Position numbers and translations under genes: made by a program
Notes under the pieces: generated by a model
What the model was told of the DNA's origin: nothing
Database searches by the model: none
The model's input: only the letters and a program-made list of their open reading frames with translations
In this document: positions 55,979 through 64,000 of the stretch, piece after piece
Position numbering within the stretch: the first letter of the stretch is position 1
Layout: the number at the start of each line of letters is the position of its first letter
Assembly: GCA_039025395.1 (NCBI GenBank)
Contig: JBCCOK010000011.1
Span: 5,961 to 69,960, forward strand
Origin: Pseudomonadota bacterium
Lineage (GTDB): Bacteria > Pseudomonadota > Alphaproteobacteria > Rhizobiales > Rhizobiaceae
DNA length: 64,000 nt
Reading direction: 5' to 3'

Positions 55979-58038
55979 GCGGACCGCCCCAGGCTGTCCA
56001 CCAGCGGCGGATCACCGGCCATGGCGGTTTCAGTGTCCAGTAGCCGCGCAGATTCCGGACAGTAAAAGTGGCGCAGAAAGACGCCGTCCGACCCCGTATC
56101 GAAAGCAGGGGTACCTACCTCAGAGAGCGGCACCTCTAGAACAACCGCGTTCTCCTTCCAGTTGATTTCGTCCGCGCTTAAGGCAGCCCCGGCGCCGTCA
56201 GGTCGCCGCGCGCCGCGTATCGATTCTCTCAGATCCTCCGTGGCCGCGGCATCAGCACGTCCGTCGGCATCAATCACCACGCCATAGATCGCGCGTGCGG
56301 CTTGAGCACTGACAAGATTGGAGGCGACGTCGGACGCGACCGCCTGCGGATCGCGTTCGAGCGGATCGCCGTATCCGCCGCCACCATTCCAGCGGACATA
56401 GAGGGCATCACGCCCCATCAGGGGGAAGACGCCCCATGAGACGCGCTCGTGCTCGCCCGGTAAATCGTTGAGTCCGGTTGCACCTGCCATCGGGGCGTTG
56501 GTACCGTCCTCCGGCGCATGCACCCAGACATAGGAGTTTGGCGCGCCCGGATAGCCTCCATCAAGCCCTTCACTCATGGGGTGGCGGGCACCCTTGCCCG
56601 ATAGAACGTAGTGGATTCCGCCATCGGGCGCCTTGTGGGGCACAATTGCCAATTCACCGCCAGTGCCGCCTCGGAAGGCGCCGGGCCCGCCGCTGTCCAG
56701 CGCACGGCGCCGAAAGAGGTAACGCACCGGAAAGGCACCCTCGACGGTCTCCACATTGGCCATACGTGAAATCGGATTGGGGATTTCGCCACCGATCTCG
56801 ACCCCATCCGCAAAAGAACGAGCGCCGCCAGCACCGGCGAAGGTTTCTGTGAGGATACCAATGGATTCCCCACCCTTCTGATTGCGCCCGAATTTGAAGA
56901 TAGCGAAGTGGTTCGCATGCCAAACTGCAGTCGCCTGATCACGATAGGTATCGCTTGCATTCAACATCTTGCCGATGGTCGAACAGGCTGCATTGTTGAC
57001 CGACTGGATTGCGCCCACTGTAGCCACTGATACGGGCGCGGGCCTTGTGCAGTTTACGATGCTACCTTCGGGCGCAATCATCTCAACAGGGCGCAGTACG
57101 CCTTCGTTCCAGGTGATGTCATAGCAGAGTAAAGGGAACAGCGGCGCGAACAGCCCGCCAAGGGACGCCCATTTGGTGCAGTTGATCGAATATTGGCTCT
57201 GCGCATCGGACCCCGAGAAATCAAAAACCAATCGGTCTTTCATCTTGCTCATGGTCAGTAAGACGCGCGCTGTTTCCCCGTTCACGTCGAGGTACTGTCG
57301 AGCCTGCCACTGCCCATCGGGTAGTTCGAGAAGGCGAGCGCGAAACAGATCCTCAGACTGCCGGATCAGCTCGCCGCACGCGGCATCAACCGTGTGTGCG
57401 CCATACTTGTTGATCAGAGCCTGCATCCGCTCCTTTGCGACGTGGTTGCAGGCAATCATCGACCGCAAGTCAAGCGACACCATTTCCGGCGATCGGACCA
57501 TGTTCAAGAGCGTATCCATAACGTCCTGTCGGATCTCGCCGCCCGAAACCAATCGGATGCCTGGGGAACTGAAGCCCTCGGTGTAAATATCCGGAGATCC
57601 TGGACTGAAACCACCAGGATTGATCGCGCCTATGTCGTAGACATGAACGAAGCAAGCGCTCCAGGCCACCAGCTTGCCCTCGAAATGGATCGGTGCGACC
57701 AGATAAATGTCTGATGTGTGGAGTGCGGCCGTGTAGGGATCATTCAGAAGAAAGACATCATCCTCATGGATGTCGCCCTCAAACCGGCGGATGATCGATT
57801 TGCAGGCCTCGGCTGCGCTGGTCAGATGATGCAGGAAGCCGACACCACCCATCAGCAGCGTCCCGTCTGCGCGGTAGAGCGATACCATCAGGTCATGGCC
57901 TTCGTTGGTAATCGCGCTGCCCGAGACATGTTTCAATGTGATCACCGCCTCTTCAACAATCCGGAACAATCGATGCCGGATGATCGAGAACGTCATCGGG
58001 TCTATGGCAGGCTGCTTTGTATCCATCGGTTCAGTCAT
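55975..58038 (-). CDS. hyuB: Hydantoinase B/oxoprolinase family protein
   Basis: 687 aa. N-terminus DPMTFSIIRHRLFRIVEEA...GSAITNEGHDLMVSLY is typical of Hydantoinase_B. Confidence 0.92.
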   Translation of the reverse strand: MTEPMDTKQPAIDPMTFSIIRHRLFRIVEEAVITLKHVSGSAITNEGHDLMVSLYRADGTLLMGGVGFLHHLTSAAEACKSIIRRFEGDIHEDDVFLLNDPYTAALHTSDIYLVAPIHFEGKLVAWSACFVHVYDIGAINPGGFSPGSPDIYTEGFSSPGIRLVSGGEIRQDVMDTLLNMVRSPEMVSLDLRSMIACNHVAKERMQALINKYGAHTVDAACGELIRQSEDLFRARLLELPDGQWQARQYLDVNGETARVLLTMSKMKDRLVFDFSGSDAQSQYSINCTKWASLGGLFAPLFPLLCYDITWNEGVLRPVEMIAPEGSIVNCTRPAPVSVATVGAIQSVNNAACSTIGKMLNASDTYRDQATAVWHANHFAIFKFGRNQKGGESIGILTETFAGAGGARSFADGVEIGGEIPNPISRMANVETVEGAFPVRYLFRRRALDSGGPGAFRGGTGGELAIVPHKAPDGGIHYVLSGKGARHPMSEGLDGGYPGAPNSYVWVHAPEDGTNAPMAGATGLNDLPGEHERVSWGVFPLMGRDALYVRWNGGGGYGDPLERDPQAVASDVASNLVSAQAARAIYGVVIDADGRADAAATEDLRESIRGARRPDGAGAALSADEINWKENAVVLEVPLSEVGTPAFDTGSDGVFLRHFYCPESARLLDTETAMAGDPPLVDSLGRSA

Positions 58039-60148
58039 CGAAACTCACCACTATGTTGCGCCACTGGTCCATCCGCGCGAGCATCCTGTCGGGAACAGCA
58101 ATTGTCGTGATCGGCGTGTGAATGACCGCGGGACCTGGAACAACGTTTCCCGGCGACAATTTTTCGAAGTCATAGATGTTGCCATCGGACATTCCGTCCC
58201 GAGCAGCGATGTAGATTTCCCTGGTTTCGAGGAATGCGGCCGATGGATCGCTGTCGCCCTCCGGCTCTGTTGGAAGCTCGGGGCGCGGCATGATCCCGCG
58301 CGCAGTCAGACGGAACATCGTCATCTCGATGCCGGCTTCGCGATAGGCCGACCCCTTCCCGAACTTGCGTTCGTAAAGTGCTTCAAAGTCGTCAATCAAA
58401 CGAACAGCACCGCTATTATCCAGTGGTGTCTGCGCCTCGACAGGAGTCGTGACCTCGTGCACCTGTCGGGAGTAGCGCAGGTCCACGGACCACACCATCT
58501 GCATCTGGTCGGGAGCGATACCCTCGGCAGCCAACTGGGTGCGGGCCTGTTCCTCCATCGGGGCGAATATCGCGTTGATCTCCTCCGAAGTGGTCGATGC
58601 CGGCAGCGTTGTTGTGAATGAGTATTCATGCGCGACGTCGGCCGAGATCAGCCCAAAAGCGCAATTGACTGATGCTGTATAGGGAATCACCACGCGCTTG
58701 ACAGACAACTCGTGTCCGAAGGAAGCCGCCAGCATCCCGCAAGAACCGCCGAAGGACTGCAGTACGAAGTCCCGAGGATCGAGGCCACGTTCAACCGTGA
58801 TTTCCCGGATCAGGTCAGCAATCTGGGCGCTGGCGATATTGTAGATGCCAATGGCAGCGTCGGTTACAGACATGCCCAGCGGTTCAGCGATCTGCTCGCG
58901 AAACAAGCGTTCAGCTCCATCGCGGTCGAGCGTGATCGAGCCGCCAAGGAACTGTCGGGGGTCCATATACCCGATCAGAAGCATTACATCGGTCAGCGTG
59001 GGCTCTTTTCCACCCTGGCCATAGCAAATGGGTCCGGGGCGCGCACCAGCGCTGCGGGGGCCGACGCGGGGCACGTTTGTCCGCGGATCGAGCGAAATTA
59101 TACTGCCACCGCCTGCGCCAATCGACACAACTTCGATCTTGGGAGCGAGATAATGGAACCGGTCAACCATTGGTTCGCGCGCGTATTCCAGGTTGCCGCC
59201 CTGGATCACGCCCACCTTGAAGGTGGTTCCGCCCATGTCGGCAGCAATAACGTCCGCGTCGCCCATCAGGCCGCCGAGCGATTTGGCGCCGATCACGCCT
59301 GCCGCGGGGCCGCTTTCGATCATTCCGACGGCGCGATCCGCGGCTTCGTCTGCGGGCAGCAAACCGCCATATCCCTGCATCACCATGGTGGCGCCGGAAT
59401 AACCATGCTGCACAAGCAACGTTTGCAAAGAAGTCAGATAAGCGTTTGTAATCTGTCCGGCATAGGCATTGATGACTGCGGTTGACGTGCGTTCGTACTC
59501 TCCCGGTACCGGCGCGATATCCGAAGAAAGCGAGACATAGGCATCCGGAGCAACACGACGCACAATGTCACGGGCTCGTCGTTCGTGTTCGGGGTTCAGG
59601 AAGGACCAAAGGAACGATATGGCTATCGCCGAAACGCCCCTATCTTCCACGAGAAAACGGATCGCTTGTTCTACGCTTTCTTCATCGAGTGGCAAAACCA
59701 CCTCGCCATCGCTATCCACACGTTCCGGGATCCCCGCCACATTTTCGCGTAGCGCCAGCGCGGAGGCGCGATCGGTCTTTACGGGGTGCTTGATGCGTTC
59801 TTCGGTGAGCCCGGCCCAACGGCCATAGGCACCGCGTGTCACATGCAGCGTATCTTCGAAGCCCTCGGTTGTCAGCAAGCCGGTGGGCGTACCGTCACGA
59901 GTCAGGATTGCGTTGTCGACGACAGTTGAACCGTGAATGAAGAGCTGCGTGCGGCCCATCAACGCTTCCAGTGTCAAACCAAGATTGCCAGTAGCCGAGC
60001 GGATCGAATTCAAAACCCCGTCGGCAAAGTTTGGCGGCGTCGACAGTGCCTTGCCAATGATCACTTGCCCATCGGTACCCAGGATAACGGTATCGGTGCA
60101 GGTCCCGCCCACGTCCGTCGCTACGAGATAGGTGGGGTCACCGGTCAT
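58031..60148 (-). CDS. hyuA: Hydantoinase A/oxoprolinase family protein
   Basis: ORF trimmed to the ATG at 60148 (MTGDPTYLVATDVGGTCTDTVI, hydantoinase/oxoprolinase N-terminal motif). Internal DMGGTTFKV ATPase motif. 8-nt overlap with hyuB. Confidence 0.92.
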   Translation of the reverse strand: MTGDPTYLVATDVGGTCTDTVILGTDGQVIIGKALSTPPNFADGVLNSIRSATGNLGLTLEALMGRTQLFIHGSTVVDNAILTRDGTPTGLLTTEGFEDTLHVTRGAYGRWAGLTEERIKHPVKTDRASALALRENVAGIPERVDSDGEVVLPLDEESVEQAIRFLVEDRGVSAIAISFLWSFLNPEHERRARDIVRRVAPDAYVSLSSDIAPVPGEYERTSTAVINAYAGQITNAYLTSLQTLLVQHGYSGATMVMQGYGGLLPADEAADRAVGMIESGPAAGVIGAKSLGGLMGDADVIAADMGGTTFKVGVIQGGNLEYAREPMVDRFHYLAPKIEVVSIGAGGGSIISLDPRTNVPRVGPRSAGARPGPICYGQGGKEPTLTDVMLLIGYMDPRQFLGGSITLDRDGAERLFREQIAEPLGMSVTDAAIGIYNIASAQIADLIREITVERGLDPRDFVLQSFGGSCGMLAASFGHELSVKRVVIPYTASVNCAFGLISADVAHEYSFTTTLPASTTSEEINAIFAPMEEQARTQLAAEGIAPDQMQMVWSVDLRYSRQVHEVTTPVEAQTPLDNSGAVRLIDDFEALYERKFGKGSAYREAGIEMTMFRLTARGIMPRPELPTEPEGDSDPSAAFLETREIYIAARDGMSDGNIYDFEKLSPGNVVPGPAVIHTPITTIAVPDRMLARMDQWRNIVVSFDD

Positions 60149-60786
60149 TTGGGCATGGCCCCTTTCGATCTGCTGTCGAACTCCGTGTCGATGCGTGTTT
60201 CGCTGCAATCGGCAACTACCAGCACCTGTGCCGGTTCCGTAGTGCTTCCGGACCAGCTCGTTACCTGGCCGGGCCGCGCGTGATAGGCATCGCCCGTTTC
60301 CAGTTGTACCGGCTCTGCCCCTCGGCGGGTGATCTTCACCGATCCCGAGAGCACCATGCAAAACGTGGGGAAGGCGTTTACCTGCGCCGGTACGCTCATT
60401 TCCGTTCCATCTTCAAGCGTACAGAGCCGAGCCTCCATGGCCGGAGAATCCAGCCCCGCAGAAAGCGCACGTACGGCCTCGTCATCGTCCGAATTGGCGC
60501 GGTTCACAGTGACCCGCCCAAGGTTGGCCATGGCACCTTCTATGGCTTCGTCGATGGTCAAACCCAAAGCGTCCACGACGTAAAGCACATTGGTCAGGCT
60601 CGGCGAGGATCTTGCCGCCTCGATCGCACTAATCGCAGCGACACCAACGCCGCTGAGCTCGGATAGTCGCTGGTGCGTCATGCCTGCGGCCTTGCGCCGT
60701 GATCGAAGGAAATGCCCCAAACGACGAAGATGGTTCGGCCCGAAACGGGCTGAGGAAGGCAAATTTGGCGAGGCGGAAATTTTCAT
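60145..60786 (-). CDS. XRE-family transcriptional regulator with C-terminal cupin domain
   Basis: HTH LGHFLRSRRKAAGMTHQRLSELSGVGVAAISAIE, then a cupin-like C-terminal half. The stop overlaps the hyuA start (ATGA). Confidence 0.8.
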   Translation of the reverse strand: MKISASPNLPSSARFGPNHLRRLGHFLRSRRKAAGMTHQRLSELSGVGVAAISAIEAARSSPSLTNVLYVVDALGLTIDEAIEGAMANLGRVTVNRANSDDDEAVRALSAGLDSPAMEARLCTLEDGTEMSVPAQVNAFPTFCMVLSGSVKITRRGAEPVQLETGDAYHARPGQVTSWSGSTTEPAQVLVVADCSETRIDTEFDSRSKGAMPK

Positions 60787-61274
60787 TTTCTTAGTGTTGC
60801 TGGTCTAATTAGAAAAATCAATGGATTTCTATTGGCCGCCTGTAGAGCTGCGTCGAGGGTTTGATTTTGATCGCAGATCAAGCACTATCGATTGAAGTGA
60901 TCGATGATCGCGGCCGCTACCCGGCGAGCATGAGCGGACAGTCCCGGCACGGTGTTGAGCGCCTTGCAGGCAAACAGAATATTGTTTTCCTAAAGGCGCG
61001 CCATCCGCGGTTTCCTCCGGAAACAAGTCTCGCGCCATGCGCACTGCGTCGATTGCTTCCAGTGGCGTTCGTTCGAAACGATTGTGCAACAAAGGAACAA
61101 ACGCACTACTTCGATTTTGGCCGTCTTTTGCCTACCACCGAGCGGCTTTCAAAATGCGATGTTCAACCTCATTTCGAGCGTTGGCCGAATGGCAAAAAAA
61201 GTCGTTCTTTTTCAATGTCGATGGCTAGCGGGGTTGGACACCTAAAGCCGTTGTTTTTGTTGGAGTGAACTACG

Positions 61275-61290
61275 CCCCTGGGGCGTGGCA
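61275..61290 (+). repeat. Degenerate direct repeat of the tRNA-Glu 3' end (candidate attR)
   Basis: CCCCTGGGGCGTGGCA versus tRNA-Glu 47484-47499 CCCCTAGGGCGTGCCA: 14 of 16 identical, same orientation. A T-arm-like GGGGTTGGA lies ~55 nt upstream at ~61221. Confidence 0.3.
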
Positions 61291-61378
61291 CTTAAAAATA
61301 TTGATGAAATCCGGTTGGCGCTTGGACAGGCGCGACTGCAGCACTTCGCAAACAAAAGGACTGGCTTTGCGGCCCGTC

Positions 61379-63181
61379 TTACGGAAGCTGCGCCGTTGTA
61401 GCAGCATCAATGACACGCATCTGCACCCGCCGCCGGCCCTGCCAGTAATCGGCAGACAAGGACCCCGCAAGGTGAAATCGCCCGCCCCGTCCCGCCAACA
61501 GCGCTTGGCCCATCGGCGTTTCGGCGGCGCGAAACGCAATGGCTTCCATGCGGCTTGCAGTCGCGTCTGCGAGTTTCAGCTTGACGTGGTCGGCCCCGAC
61601 AACCCGCGCATCGATGATCTGGTGATCCGGCATCGCAAACATCGGCTGCGGATGACTGGCGCCATAAGGTCCCGCTTTCTCGATCTCGTCGAACAATTCA
61701 AGGCTCGCACCGCCTGCTGCAAGTGCTCCATCGATCCTGACCGATTGACTGGCCCGAAGCGTATGTATCGTCGCCGCAGCGCTTTCCTCCAGGTAGCTCC
61801 GCAGAGCCCCGAGCTTTGAACGATCAATGCTGAGGCCCGCCGCCATTGCATGCCCGCCGCCCTTGTCGGCAATCCCCTGCTCGACCGCACCCCGGATCGC
61901 AGCGCCGATATCAAAGCCGGCAATCGATCGCGCCGAGCCGGTACCGCGACCTGACGGATCAAGCGCAATCGCAATGGCCGGGCGGCGGAACTTTTCCTTC
62001 AATCTTGCCGCAACGATCCCGACAATGCCGGCATGCCAGCCCTTGCCTGCCGTTACGAGGACTGCAGGTCCGTCGCCCGATCCCATTTCTCCCATGGCTT
62101 CCGCTTCCGCCTCCTCAAGGATTGACCGTTCGAGTGCCTGGCGCTCGCCATTCAGCCGGTTGAGCGTCACGGCAATCTCTTCGACCTGAGCGCTGTCGGA
62201 CAGCGTCAGCAGAAGGCTGCCAAGCGCCGCATCGCCGATCCGCCCGCCTGCATTGATACGCGGTCCGATAATGTAGCCGATATGATAGGGCGTCACGGGG
62301 CCATCGATGCCGGCCACGCGCATCAATGCCGCAAGGCCCGGATTTCCCATCTGGCGGAACGCCAGCAGACCCTTTACCACATAGGCACGGTTGAGCCCCA
62401 CGAGCGGGACGACGTCGCAAACAGTCGCCAGGGCCACGATATCCAGCATTGTCAGCAAATCGAACGCCGCAATGTTCGCGCCTCGCCGGCGCAATTCACG
62501 CTGGGTCGCGACCAGCAGCAGAAACACCAGACCGGCAGCGCAAAGATGTCCCTGCCCCGAAAGATCATCGCTGCGATTTGGATTGACCAGCGCCACGCAT
62601 GGCGGATGCGAATCGCCAATCTGGTGATGATCGATGATGGCAACGTCGACCTTTTGCTCATACGCCCGTTCGAGCGCTGCTACGCTGGTCGAACCGCAAT
62701 CGACGGTCAAGATCAGATTGGCGCCGTTTTCAATGAGTGAATCGATGGCCGCAGGGTTTGGTCCGTAGCCCTCGAAAATGCGATCCGGAATATAGATGTC
62801 GCAATCGATCCCGATAAGATCGAGATAGCGCTTGATCAGTGCAGCCGATGCCGCACCGTCCACGTCATAGTCACCGAAAACCGCAACCTTCTCGCCCGCC
62901 ACGATCGCATCGGCAAGACGTGCCGCCGCTATGTCCATGTCGCGGAGGGTCGACGGATCCGGCATCAGGTCGCGCAACGTCGGCGCAAGAAACGTGGAGG
63001 CGTTCTCAGCCGTCACCCCGCGCGCTGCCAACACCCGTGAAACAAGGTCGGAGATGCCGTGAGACTGGGCAATTGCCAGCGCGCGGTTCAGCCCCGCCGG
63101 ATCAAGCCGCTGCACCCAGCGTTGACCCGAGAGCGAATCCTCCACATCAAGGAAGGCGGGTTCGCGGTTGCTGGCATCCAC
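61379..63181 (-). CDS. recJ: Single-stranded-DNA-specific exonuclease RecJ
   Basis: 600 aa. DHH motifs (VFGDYDVDGA, DCDIYIPDR, LILTVDCGS, VAIIDHH) and the DHHA1 GGGHAMAAG. Confidence 0.95.
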   Translation of the reverse strand: MDASNREPAFLDVEDSLSGQRWVQRLDPAGLNRALAIAQSHGISDLVSRVLAARGVTAENASTFLAPTLRDLMPDPSTLRDMDIAAARLADAIVAGEKVAVFGDYDVDGAASAALIKRYLDLIGIDCDIYIPDRIFEGYGPNPAAIDSLIENGANLILTVDCGSTSVAALERAYEQKVDVAIIDHHQIGDSHPPCVALVNPNRSDDLSGQGHLCAAGLVFLLLVATQRELRRRGANIAAFDLLTMLDIVALATVCDVVPLVGLNRAYVVKGLLAFRQMGNPGLAALMRVAGIDGPVTPYHIGYIIGPRINAGGRIGDAALGSLLLTLSDSAQVEEIAVTLNRLNGERQALERSILEEAEAEAMGEMGSGDGPAVLVTAGKGWHAGIVGIVAARLKEKFRRPAIAIALDPSGRGTGSARSIAGFDIGAAIRGAVEQGIADKGGGHAMAAGLSIDRSKLGALRSYLEESAAATIHTLRASQSVRIDGALAAGGASLELFDEIEKAGPYGASHPQPMFAMPDHQIIDARVVGADHVKLKLADATASRMEAIAFRAAETPMGQALLAGRGGRFHLAGSLSADYWQGRRRVQMRVIDAATTAQLP

Positions 63182-63259
63182 CGGTTCACTCCCGTCAGAG
63201 AAACACTAGGCGAAAAGGCGCCACGACCAAAGCCGTTTCGCAGACTGCCAAACACAGCT

Positions 63260-64000
63260 CTATTCGAACTTGCTTGGATCCTGATGGCGGGCCCGGATTT
63301 CACGAACCGTCCGCGACGATGAACGCATGACAATCGTATGGGTGACAATCGCATCGCGGGCGAATTTGACGCCGCTCAGCATGTTTCCTGCGGTCACACC
63401 GGTTGCCGCGAACACAACATCGCCGCTCGCCATTTCGTGCAGCGAATAAATCCTTTTCGGATCATCGATACCCATGGTGCGTGCCCGCTCGACCTTCTCT
63501 TCGCTATCGAGCTGCAGCCGGCCCTGCATCTGCCCGCCGATACAGCGCAATGCCGCAGCGGCCAGTACGCCCTCGGGCGCACCGCCAACACCGATGTAAA
63601 TGTCGATACCGGTCTCGTCCGGATTGGTCGTATCGATAACGCCCGCAACGTCGCCATCGCCAATCAGCCGGATTGCGGCACCCGTGGCGCGCACCTCTTC
63701 AATAATGCGCGCATGCCGTGGTCGATCAAGAATACAGGCTGTCACATTGCCAATTGGAACACCCTTGGATTGGGCAATCGCAGCTATATTGTCCGTCGGG
63801 CTCGCATCGAGGGATACGGTGTCGGCCGGAAACCCCGGACCAATTGCAATCTTTTCCATGTAGACATCGGGCGCGTAAAGCAGGCTGTCCTTCTCGGCAA
63901 CTGCAATCACGGCGAGCGAATTCGGAAGGTTCTTTGCGCAGATCGTTGTCCCTTCCAGCGGATCAAGCGCAATATCGACCTCCGGGCCCTCGCCGGTGCC
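63260..64000 (-). CDS. glpX: Fructose-1,6-bisphosphatase class II (GlpX), N-terminus beyond the window
   Basis: The C-terminal 216 aa are in the track ORF. The reading frame stays open to the window edge (..DIALDPLEGTTICAKNLPNSLAVIAVAEKD..). GlpX motifs include GDGDVAG and GGAPEGV. Confidence 0.9.
   Translation of the reverse strand, partial: GTGEGPEVDIALDPLEGTTICAKNLPNSLAVIAVAEKDSLLYAPDVYMEKIAIGPGFPADTVSLDASPTDNIAAIAQSKGVPIGNVTACILDRPRHARIIEEVRATGAAIRLIGDGDVAGVIDTTNPDETGIDIYIGVGGAPEGVLAAAALRCIGGQMQGRLQLDSEEKVERARTMGIDDPKRIYSLHEMASGDVVFAATGVTAGNMLSGVKFARDAIVTHTIVMRSSSRTVREIRARHQDPSKFE

Larger units (their letters stand above)
47500..61290. mobile_element. Putative decayed tRNA-Glu-associated genomic island (~13.8 kb)
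   Basis: The block begins at the tRNA-Glu 3' end with an integrase remnant adjacent. It contains a 13-gene accessory catabolic/transport cluster, all on one strand. It ends at a 14/16-nt copy of the tRNA 3' end (61275-61290), ~90 bp from core recJ. Confidence 0.45.

Noticed and set aside
57905-59485. Two plus-strand ORFs (238 aa and 257 aa) inside hyuA/hyuB
   Set aside because: They are antisense shadows of the hydantoinase genes, with no domain-like patterns.
60149-60361. 71-codon N-terminal extension of the hyuA ORF
   Set aside because: It overlaps the cupin domain of the upstream regulator in another frame. The conserved hydantoinase N-terminus (ATDVGGTCTD) follows the ATG at 60148, which forms an ATGA overlap.
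60829-61268. Overlapping ORFs (87 aa minus strand, 135 aa plus strand) in the island's right-end gap
   Set aside because: They are mutually overlapping, lack an SD, have non-protein-like composition and show no recognisable motifs. They are treated as non-coding or decayed sequence.

Overview
The window looks like a high-GC alphaproteobacterial chromosome segment, with gene content and order typical of Hyphomicrobiales/Rhizobiales. All calls come from reading the ORF track and the sequence by eye; no searches were run. About 47 kb is densely packed core genome. It contains thrS, yidD, a NifU/SufU-like scaffold, folE-hisI, a patatin, clpS-clpA, a phasin, a PBP5-type carboxypeptidase with a SPOR domain, sdaA and mgtE. 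It also contains a complete suf operon (nifS-like, sufB, sufC, sufD, sufS, sufT, sufA), anmK/tyrS, a 1219-aa YhdP/AsmA-like protein, bcp, an M23 peptidase and a DEAD-box helicase. Further along are tRNA-Pro, an NDUFS4-like CDS, tRNA-Arg, a two-CSD cold-shock protein, gloA, tRNA-Glu, recJ and a partial glpX. The one clearly accessory block runs from about 47.5 to 61.3 kb, immediately 3' of tRNA-Glu. It starts with a decayed tyrosine-integrase remnant. It ends about 90 bp before recJ at a degenerate copy of the tRNA-Glu 3' end. Between those points are 13 tightly coupled minus-strand genes. These are two XRE-cupin regulators bracketing hyuA/hyuB (ATP-dependent hydantoinase/oxoprolinase family), two isochorismatase-fold proteins (one with an intact catalytic triad, one degenerate), a 5-gene Liv-type ABC importer, a metal cupin and an MBL-fold hydrolase. 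I read this as a horizontally acquired uptake and ring-opening pathway for an unidentified cyclic amide. I found no CRISPR array, no intact transposase or prophage, and no recognisable defence system. Smaller oddities are listed as findings: a protein gene wedged between two tRNAs with a 0-nt spacer, a translationally coupled VWA plus membrane J-domain pair, a HEAT-repeat ORF coupled to clpA, a strongly signalled 33-codon hydrophobic ORF, DnaA-box-like motifs in an AT-rich gap, and candidate PhaR/Irr-type operators.
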